Origin: Zancudomyces culisetae HAW-14-8
Lineage: Eukaryota; Fungi; Kickxellomycota
Direction of reading: 5' to 3'
DNA length: 64,000 bases
Assembly (NCBI GenBank): GCA_052426225.1
Contig: JBNJNM010000011.1
Span: forward strand, 1,116,001-1,180,000
Notes under the pieces: model-generated
Seen by the model: only the letters and a program-made list of their open reading frames with translations
Database searches by the model: none
What the model was told of the DNA's origin: nothing
Part shown: one piece after another, positions 20,862-30,081 of the stretch
How the letters are laid out: every line of letters starts with the position of its first letter
Position numbering within the stretch: the stretch's first letter is position 1
Translations under genes and position numbers: made by a program

Positions 20862-21305
20862 ATGATCAAGGCAACAATCCTCAGCACATTAGCTCTTAGC
20901 TCTACACTAGCTTACAGTGCACAGAATGCTAAAAATCAACCCGTACATGTATCAGGTGAAAACAGTATTTCAGAAGCCAAGTTTAATAGCATGCACTGCG
21001 AACCCAGAAGAATGAAAGTTCACTTGTTCCATTACAGCTTCTACAAAGAATACAAAGGTACCTATGATATAGAACCAAACAGATGCTACGCAGCGCCTGA
21101 TTTTACATCAGTACGACTTAGCATACCGGATGATAAGGGAGTTGCCTTCAAGGCTTGCAGAGATAGTAACTGTTCAGACAACTGCTATATCTTTAGAAAT
21201 CCAGGAATCCAGATTGATGACATATGGTGGTATGTTAATAAGGGATATTCAAAATCGTTTTCTTGGGTTAGTCCACACAGTAACTCCATGAATTTGAACG
21301 AATAA
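20862..21305 (+). CDS. Small secreted Cys-rich protein, paralogue of 17646-18119
   Basis: Identical signal peptide. Shared pattern LF...GT(F/Y)...PN.CY..P.F....LS...C....C...C...GY..S(Y/F).WV.P. Confidence 0.85.
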   Translation: MIKATILSTLALSSTLAYSAQNAKNQPVHVSGENSISEAKFNSMHCEPRRMKVHLFHYSFYKEYKGTYDIEPNRCYAAPDFTSVRLSIPDDKGVAFKACRDSNCSDNCYIFRNPGIQIDDIWWYVNKGYSKSFSWVSPHSNSMNLNE

Positions 21306-22387
21306 TTAGGATTTGTTAAAGTTTGAACTATTTAAATTTTATAGATAGATAATTAATTTCAAGTCACAATTTTAAATAAATGACTTAAAGATTCCACTAG
21401 AAATTCAAAATTGAAGTTGGGAGTGAATATTTTAATATTACTTTAGACAATGTATTAATGTATTAAAGACGGAGAAATGGCATGTTAACATCACAAAACG
21501 TTCGGTGTGGTATTCAAGAATTTATCAATTTAAGTATTATTATGCTTACTTCGATACCCATCCTGCTCATTTCATTACCATCTCATAACTGCAAGTCAGC
21601 ATTGGGTAAAATTAATGGGTTAGGAAAAAAAAGATACGAGTTTAGATTTATATTCTAAGTATATTGTGTATATTTGAGTTTAACTCCACTCCATCTTGTT
21701 TTTTTGTTTAGACACTTTAAAGTATTTCCAAAACTTTAAAAGCATTTTAACCAAGAAAATATCTAGTAAAGAAATTATCAAAATGGGCGGGTTATTGAAA
21801 ATGATACTACGTTTTTGGGCTATTAAACTCAATTCTATTGAGCTATGGCTTAACCGTATACTAGACTAAATTAAATTTGGCTTCAATATTTAATTTTATT
21901 GAAGCTTAATATGATCAATCTTAAATCTGATATCGATTTTAAAAGTATTTGAAGTTGGCTAAAGCATATCTTGTCAATGAACATTAAATATATCAGGAAA
22001 ATTTGTAATTTATATTGAAAGTTGTTGTAAAGTGTGTTATAGCAAATTTCAAAGAACATTAGGACTGATCTAGATACTATTTTTCACTTTAAAATGTATT
22101 TATTTATCACTAAGATTACCCTACCGATGAAGGTCTAGCTTTAATTACATTTTGAATTTAAATATCAAACATTTAAAATTTTAATACAAGTTGATTGCTG
22201 TAAATACTATGGCAGTTATGATATCCGTTAAAACAACATCTATAAATTAAATACGTAGTAAGTAGTAGCCTTCAGTTAATAATATATCCTAAACCTATTG
22301 TTCATTAAGCTTATGGATGGTTATATTTAAATAAGCTATGGATCAGTACTGCTATAAAACCAATCTAAAATCAAACTAGAGATATTC

Positions 22388-22840
22388 ATGAATATCGATC
22401 AGGTAGTCCAGAACGGAGTAAATGATATTGATGTACATTTACTGACGCATCTTTCAAAAATATCTGTTGCCCTCGCTGTTGCGGGTGAAGATGACAGCGT
22501 CAATTTTTTGGTTCTCTCAATCAACGATGCTGAAGTCAAACCCCTATTTTCCCACAAAGTGCCAAATGCCCACTTTTCATCTGTTCAAAGGCTCAAATTC
22601 GTATCCACAGGCAATCAGCTCTTGGCCATTTCTGTGGCTACTGATCAGCGCGTTGTCCTTTGGCGCCTAGCCATACATCAAAGTCACATGGATGTCATCA
22701 AAAATCATGGCACCTTTAATACTATAATATCAGATCCTTCGGATATGTTTTTAATCAAAAACACTGGTGAAGACTCGTGTTGTGGTGTAGTTGTGGGTAT
22801 AGGTTTAGAACTGTTTGAATTTTTCAAAACTTTACTTTAG
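22388..22840 (+). pseudogene. Duplicated 3' fragment of WDR6 (150 aa ORF with a junction-supplied ATG); right copy of the direct repeat (22391-23003)
   Basis: Differs from 15200-15649 at only three positions I could find (TTG>TTA, ACT>ACC, TCC>TTC). Confidence 0.85.
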
Positions 22841-24029
22841 TATCGGCATTTGTATCGGCATTTGTATATGTGTTTGTACATACTACTGAAATAGATTTTC
22901 TAATGAAACCCGTTATTACTATATTATACAAACCTTTATTTTATTTCCAAATCAGAAGCGACCAAGTTGTCAGTGTTTGAGAATAAGTGTGAATCTTTAA
23001 TATCATATATTTTTACCATCATCCTGTTAAAAAATGTATCTCATTCGGTTGTTATAGATTCTCTACCCTAGCCTTCATACAGGCCCTCATATCATACTAT
23101 CCGATCGCTGTTAGCTTCTTTTTGTTAGATTGGAAGCCTGACAACAAAATTTCATATTAAGCTCTAGAGATATAATGTAAAGAGGTGTGCAGGAAAAAAA
23201 GATTCCAGAAACAATAGTGCTAAACCTGTTTTTTTGCAATGCTGTATTTAATTAAGAAAAACAAGTATGTGATTGTCGATTGAAGAGGAAATGCAAATTC
23301 TCAGCCATACGAGCAGCAAAATAGTTACAGAATCAGGGTGTGAATATGAAGAAAAGACAGCAAGATTGGGTTTAGAATATATTAATCCCTTTAGGGTTTG
23401 AACGATTCTGTTGATAATGGATGACAAGTTTTTTTTGTTTTTGGTGCATTTTCGGCCTGAAATACATTGCTAATGTGCATACTATTTCTCTAAACCGGCT
23501 TTTTAAGTAAAGTTAGTCGCGTTTGCTTTATTTGGTTTGGCCAAGTGGTGTGTTGGTATTCGAAACAATAGAATATTCCTAGTGAATGACATTTTTATCC
23601 TCATCACTTTGTGTTAGAACACTGAGTATTCGATAAGTAGACTTTTGAAGACGAGGATTTTGGATATGCAGTCATCACATTTCTGAGAAAAACACACAAT
23701 CACGTCAGAATAATAAATACTTGTGATACAACAGTCAATAATACCATCTTTAAAACATAATATATCTACACACTGAGCCAAGAGTGTCGATACAATTGTC
23801 ATTTTATTTCCAGTATTTTTTATTTCCAGTATTTTAATATATTTGTATTTTGCTCCTCTATACCATCACTTTTATTTTTGTTAGATGAATTTATTAAATA
23901 AATATCGCATAAAACTTTATACCATCACACCAGGTAAAAAGGAATTGGAAATATAGAACCACTACAGTATACAGAATATTACTGGCATACTTTGGGTTGT
24001 CAAACTAAGATCGAACACCACTAAAACCA

Positions 24030-24482
24030 ATGACAACAATACTACCCGCAAACTCAAAAATGCCTGGTAGAGTATCCATGAGAAAGACCAGAACACTCAT
24101 AACTGTGGAAAAAATAAAAAGTTTTGTAGTGATGATACAGAGATCCGAACAAAACCGAAAAATAATCGAGACTTTGGATATCTCTGGGACAACCCTAAGA
24201 ACATTAAAAAAAAGATACTTTAATGGCGAATTTAGCAATTTAAACAGTATTCAGGATCATCATTTGAGAAAACAATACAAAAAAAAAGATAAAAGCAGGA
24301 TCAAAGCTATGGTTGCTGCTGAGGTAGCCGCAAATCCAAGAATCAGGTTAAGTGATTTGGTAGCTGTGGGTAAAAAATATGGATTTCACTTTTCGCTTTC
24401 TACATATTCAAGGGTTCTTAAAGAGATGAGATACCTGAAAAGAGATATGGTGAGAGTCCAGTTAGATCAACACCCAGATTAG
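24030..24482 (+). mobile_element. Tc1/mariner-IS630-type DNA-binding (double HTH) ORF without a DDE catalytic domain
   Basis: RKIIETLDISGTTLRTLKKRY (HTH1) and ANPRIRLSDL...GFHFSLSTYSRVLKEMRYLKR (HTH2, resembling the 'xSxSTISRxLxxxGxxxK' pattern). The ORF stops where the DDE domain would begin. Confidence 0.65.
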
Positions 24483-24600
24483 TTTATAGTGAACACGAGC
24501 TTTACCATCGATGGCTTCAATTTTGAAGTACATATCTTGTTTATTTAACGCAAATAGTATATAATCTTATTTTTTTACCTATAATAAAACAACCGATAAA

Positions 24601-25734
24601 CTAATAGTTATTAGTAAAAACAAAAATCTCCTTTCTACCACTGGTAAAAGTGGAAGTAACTGCATTTTGCACTTCCTGGATATCAAGTGGCTTCTCAGAG
24701 CTGCCAGAGCCCGAAAACCAGTTTATTGGTGTGGTGACTTGCTCTTTTAGCTCACCCTTCTCCATCATAGTCATAATGTCATCCCACATCTCCAACCATT
24801 TTGCTGGTGTGTTCTTTTTGTACCATTTCGATACCCAGTAACCCTTAAATGTTATATCCTTGAAGATCAAAATGGGCGCGGAAGCCGGCATTGGTTGTTT
24901 GGACATGCCTCCATAGGTTGCTATAACACCTTCAGGTTTCAAGTGTTTTACCATCTTCATGGCCTGAGGACCACAAACACAGTCTAGAGCCAACCTGACC
25001 GGCTTGTCTGCAAGAAGTGCGACAACCTCTGGGCTCTCCAAGTCCTCCTCTTTGACCACTATGTCAGCACCCAATCCCTTCAAAAATGACTCGAGCTGGT
25101 CAAAGTTTTCGCGTCCTCGAACAACATTGACTGTGTGGTATCCCCAGCGTTTTGCCAGTTGGATTATAATTTGGCCTACACCACTGTTGGCTCCGTTTTG
25201 AATGACGTAGTCGCCCTTTTCCAGCTTTACAATGTCTAAAAGCATTCTGTAAGCGGTGGATGCGTTGACTTTGATGGATGCAATCTGGGTGGGAGATAAA
25301 CCATGTGTGTTTTTAAGCACAATAACTTCGTTTGGTGAAACGTGTGTGTGTGTTGTCCAAGCACTTGCTACCGGTGAGCTCATAAACATGACCCAGTCAC
25401 CAACCGCAAAGTTTTGCTGCGAGATGGATGCAACCTTGCTGCCAATTTCAAGAACTCTTCCAATTGATTCATTTCCTCCAATGGTGCCAACTAATTTCTC
25501 TACACCACCTTCAGCTGAATTCGACTTTACTGTGAACTCGGTTCTATCCTTGGGAAGTGGGTATACACCTTGGACTACGTTCACATCTGAAGGATTGATT
25601 GGTGCCACAAAATTCTCTATCAAAATCTTGTCCTCTGGGAGTGCCTCTAGCTTGAAGTCATATACTTTGATTACATCTTGTGGGTTTCCGTGCTGAGTAT
25701 AGATAGCTGCTCTGCCCCATTCTGGTTTTACCAT
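24601..25734 (-). CDS. ETR1: Trans-2-enoyl-CoA/ACP reductase (MECR/Etr1; MDR superfamily)
   Basis: APINPSDVNVVQGVYP, VNASTAYRML, IQNGANSGVGQ, TYGGMSKQP and IFKDITFKGYW. Confidence 0.93.
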   Translation of the reverse strand: MVKPEWGRAAIYTQHGNPQDVIKVYDFKLEALPEDKILIENFVAPINPSDVNVVQGVYPLPKDRTEFTVKSNSAEGGVEKLVGTIGGNESIGRVLEIGSKVASISQQNFAVGDWVMFMSSPVASAWTTHTHVSPNEVIVLKNTHGLSPTQIASIKVNASTAYRMLLDIVKLEKGDYVIQNGANSGVGQIIIQLAKRWGYHTVNVVRGRENFDQLESFLKGLGADIVVKEEDLESPEVVALLADKPVRLALDCVCGPQAMKMVKHLKPEGVIATYGGMSKQPMPASAPILIFKDITFKGYWVSKWYKKNTPAKWLEMWDDIMTMMEKGELKEQVTTPINWFSGSGSSEKPLDIQEVQNAVTSTFTSGRKEIFVFTNNY

Positions 25735-26982
25735 TTTGAATACACTTGTTTTTTCCTTTTTTCTTTTCCGAGTAAAGTAAAGAATAGATACTATTACAGA
25801 TAGTAGGTTTGGATTTTGTTTATTTTCAGATGGAGTATGGTATTTAATTGCGTTTATATATGTTTTTTGTTCAGATTTCTTTGTCTTTTTAATTTTCCAG
25901 AAGTTTTAAAATGTGAAAATCAAGCTTTTATGGGATATTAATCCACCCATTGATCGTCAAATCACGGCCAAGTAACCAGACGAAGATTTCGAAACAAAAA
26001 GAACAATTGAAAAAGCTTATGCTAGTTTTTATACAATTTTTTTTCAATTTCAGCCGCATTCTATGTCCATGAATTACTAAGCAGTTTCGCACGTGGAATT
26101 TAATCAAATGAATCGTTTGAGGTTCGTAAATATTTTATTTTATTTCATTTTATTTTTCAGGTAAGGAAACCACATTGTCTGGAATCTCCTCTTTCTTTCC
26201 ACAGTCTCCCAGAAAACCTCCAATAATTACAGGAATCACCTTATAGCAATAATGTGTTTTATGAGATAAACTTAATAGCTGGTTTAAATGGCGGTAGATG
26301 CTTGGCACAGCTACAATCCCGTAACAAGGTGCCCATTTTGCTCCTGTACACTTTATGAATTTTACTATTTCAAGTCCGGAAAAAATCCCATCCTGCTTCA
26401 GCCGTTCTAATTCTTCCAATAGTGAATAAACTAACATCAAGTTCACATGGGCTCCCCTCTCTGGCCGAGGTACAAAATATTTGTAAAAACCCTGCTAGTG
26501 TTCAGGATATATGCCTTTTTTTAGTACTGTCTCGTATTTTATTGCTACTACTCAATACAGCGAGCAAGCTAGAATGAAATGATAACAACACTAGAAGTGT
26601 ACTTCTACACCTTGGTTGGCTTTGGCTTTGTAGTTTTACATCTTTGGGTTTGTTAAAAACCGACTGTAACATTAATATCCGTTCGAATAAGCATGGTTAC
26701 GTTTTAAATCAAACTGTGCTGCCCATTTTCCTATTAGCGCGGGAATGCAAGACTTGAACCAAAACCAAAACTTTTTTTTTCCAGGGGTTGATTGGCTAGA
26801 TTTGTTTTTAGTGCATGTTTTTAATGCATGTTTTCAATGCATATACGATTTTTTTTTTGAAGATTCGCACTTTTCAAAGTGAATAAACTTTATCCACCTT
26901 AGCTCCACCCTTCCAGAGTTTTGTAGTTGTTGCAGTATTACTCGAGAGAAAATCCACAATATCACCACAATAAGAATAAAAA

Positions 26983-28134
26983 ATGATACTTGAAAACTAC
27001 AGTGACGCGCGTTTAAATCTCCCACCGGAACTAAATTATCTCGAGGAGGTCAAAAACAGCTGTACCGAATTGGTACATTGCTGTGACAATAAATTCGAAT
27101 TGAACTTTAAGGACTACATTAAAAAAATCGAGGTCAGCACTTTCACTCAGCACGTAAAAAGCTATACACATTGGTGCGATAGATTTCCTTTTAAATTCGA
27201 CACGGCAGCCGCAGAGATTAATTTTATGATTATTGTCGAAATGTTGACTGGTGTATTTGGCTACCAACCCGATGAAATATCAGCTAAACTGGGTGGTGAG
27301 ATGGATCAATTTATATTGGCAGGGTGTATTTCTCTTTTTTTATCATACACAGAATTAGACTCAAAGATTCTGCGAGAACTAACGGTACTACAGATTTCGG
27401 AAAATTTCAGGATTCCGCTATCAAAAGAAGAACCAGCACTTAAGGATCCGAAGACTGGTGAATATATTAGTGGAATGACCATAATGAAGCCTACTGTTCT
27501 ACAACCCTTGGCTAAGGGTATTGTAAATGTATTGAATGGAGTAGGTAAAATACTAGACACTCTTGGCAGCGCAACTGTAGGAGATTTGATTGTAAATAAA
27601 TTCAAAGATACTACCAGTGGAAATGACGTGGTAAAATTCTTGGTAAATACATTCCCGTATTTCAATGATAGTACAAAAATTGAAATAGACGGTGGAGAAA
27701 AAGTAGTTAGATTAAATTTATTTTCTAGTGCGACAAGGGTGTGCTTGAACTTACACAGGAACCACACCAAGTTATTCAACTTTAGCGATGTTGACAATTT
27801 TCTTGTCATCCTTCCTTTCACCTATGATTTTTTGTATACCCAAAAGATAGGCATCTTGTCGTTGAATGATAATAGGTCGGGTATCGATAATACCAACTTG
27901 CTGGCATGCCAGAAATCGATGTACGCCACGAACTTGTATATCAGTATAAAATTAACCGAATATTACAAGAGTATGATGTGCTGTGCTCAAACACCAGTAC
28001 AAGAATCAAATATTTCAGCCGAACCATCTTCAAGTGCCACAGTTGCTGCAATTGTACCTTACAACTGGTTTATTTTTTGGTATTCATATGAAAAAAGCAT
28101 GAAAGCAGGTGGCGATGGCTCTATTTATATTTAG
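26983..28134 (+). CDS. Divergent queuosine-salvage hydrolase-like protein (QNG1/C9orf64/DUF2419 family)
   Basis: Collinear similarity to the family: EEVKNSC, FPFKFDT..AEINF, QISENFRIP, PLAKGIVNVLNGVGKIL, LVNTFPYFND, FNFSDVD. Catalytic motifs appear eroded. Confidence 0.6.
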   Translation: MILENYSDARLNLPPELNYLEEVKNSCTELVHCCDNKFELNFKDYIKKIEVSTFTQHVKSYTHWCDRFPFKFDTAAAEINFMIIVEMLTGVFGYQPDEISAKLGGEMDQFILAGCISLFLSYTELDSKILRELTVLQISENFRIPLSKEEPALKDPKTGEYISGMTIMKPTVLQPLAKGIVNVLNGVGKILDTLGSATVGDLIVNKFKDTTSGNDVVKFLVNTFPYFNDSTKIEIDGGEKVVRLNLFSSATRVCLNLHRNHTKLFNFSDVDNFLVILPFTYDFLYTQKIGILSLNDNRSGIDNTNLLACQKSMYATNLYISIKLTEYYKSMMCCAQTPVQESNISAEPSSSATVAAIVPYNWFIFWYSYEKSMKAGGDGSIYI

Positions 28135-28291
28135 TTTACGCTTTAGATTCTAGAGTAAACAGGAAAGCAAAAATCAAACTTGCTTTTCAGGGGAATTATA
28201 GCCTCGTATTTTAGTAGCACCTCAAGAAATCACGGCTTGTTATTTATTTAGATCAAAGTACCATACAAAGGATTATAAATATAAAGTGGGT

Positions 28292-29426
28292 TTATTCAGA
28301 ATGCTGAAACATATTGTACATTTTGTTGTTGACTGAAATATATAACGAAGTATTTTGATAATAACTGGGGCTTATGTTTTGAATGTTGTTAATTATACTA
28401 TCAATGAGATGGGCTCTTCCTACATTTGCACTGACCGAACCAGCATCAAAGTTTACGTTGATTATATGAACATGGAAGTGGTAATAAGATGGCAAATAAT
28501 GAACAAACATCATAATATCAGATTCAGTGATTCCAGGATATCTACATTTGATTGTTTCCATTGACTTGTGCTTGATGTTTTTCAATAGACCGACATGTTT
28601 TGACGTCAAATCACGCAGTGATTTTATCGATCTATCATTTACCAAGGCAACAAGGTACAACGTTTTGAGAGTGATGCCATCCCACTTGCTATCTGGGAGT
28701 AAAACAAATCCTTCATTTGGGTCGGTATCCTTATAAACCACCCTATCAACCTCGGCCTTTCCTTCAAGAATGTTGTATACCCAAGATGTGCGACTTAGAT
28801 CTTCACTTTCTATATATTTTTTTGTAACCAGTTTGTATAATTCTGGTGTTTCCTCGAGGTACTTTTTGGTATCACCCATGTATTTGTCAATATGTTTTTG
28901 AGTAGCTGGATGAATCATCATAAACTTGGTTTGAGGCTCATAGCTCTTGGTAATACCATCAGAATCCTCGATATCTGTTCTGAATAAACAACCTTCAGCC
29001 CACCCGTAGATATCGTTCTCCTGGATATTTTCAAAGTGTGTAGATTGAATAATCTTTTTGTTTAATCGCGAGATATCAAACTTGAAATGAATCCGTTCAG
29101 CAATGAGTAACGCCTGGCCTTTATCACCCTCGACGCCCTCTAGGTGACCCAAAAACACGATTCTCTTTGTGCTTACATCTATTTGTTTGAATAAACACAG
29201 TATTAATGAATCTGGAAAAAAATATTTCTCCAAATGAAGATGAGGATAGGTGCTCTTTTTTAAACGCAAATAATAACGATAGTAACATAATTAATAAAAA
29301 CAACTTGAATGTGAAGCTAGTTTGAATAAGTATTTTTTTATTAAACTGAGCTGGAATTTTACCTTCATTTATGATTTGCGTGGGAACAAAACTGTGTAGC
29401 TTTTTGATGATACTTTGGTTTTCCAT
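28292..29426 (-). CDS. DCS1: m7GpppX diphosphatase (scavenger decapping enzyme DcpS); exons 29426-29363 and 29178-28292
   Basis: HIT motif HYLPSYYHFHVHI, plus ENDIYGW, HPATQKHIDKY, WVYNILEG and LLPDSKWDG. A GT...AG intron at 29362-29179 joins MENQSIIKKLHSFVPTQIINE to DVSTKRIVFLG in frame. Confidence 0.93.
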
Positions 29427-30081
29427 GCCTGTATGCTCGAAAAAATATATAATATTGATTCTATTTTAATAGTTTTTATATGTAGGAGAGAGAAAGGCGT
29501 GTATATTTGCTAGTTACTGTTTACTGTCTACTATTTGTTGTTTATGGTCTCGTAGGTTAGACTTCTTTTGTACAAATTCTTAATCGTTTAGTTGTCTAGT
29601 ACGTTTTAATTGGTGAAAGTCATAAGAACGGTTGTAAAGTAAACAAATTGAAAAGATGTGTTTTTCCCTCCTTTTTTTTGATTCCAGGTACTACTCTTCC
29701 AAATAAAGCTGTTTAAAAGTCATAAAATGCTAATTAACGGAAATGGATATTGTAGCTACTATTGGCTGTTTTCAAATATCGGATCATTGTGTAGCGAATA
29801 ACAACGTGACTCTGGAATCTAGAAATGAAGCAGCATATCAACATTATCCACCCCCCTAAAGACTGAGAAGTAAAGTACATTTATTTTGAAAAATAATGAT
29901 TCGTGTGTAGAAACAGGTATTAATCGACGAGGATATAAATCATAGTAAAATATAAAACAAAAAAAATAAAACACAGTGCGAGTGAAGGATAATGTGTGCC
30001 ATAAAACAACAGATGAAAATGATTTGAAGGCAAATCAAGATATTGAGGATCGGGAGAAGGACATGGGCTTTTTCTAGGCTA

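Noticed and set aside
23560-23802. Stop-interrupted protein-like reading frames between the right repeat and the HTH ORF (similar case at 19150-19490)
   Set aside because: Could be decayed coding DNA, but no family is recognisable without a translated search.
26150-26446. 98-aa minus-strand ORF upstream of ETR1, and a TTTCAG|GTAAGG site at ~26160
   Set aside because: GTG start, no recognisable motif, and no splice path joining it to neighbouring genes.
29124-29426. Separate 100-aa ORF and TTG start at 29269 given in the ORF track
   Set aside because: Both are explained by exon 1 and the intron of DCS1.
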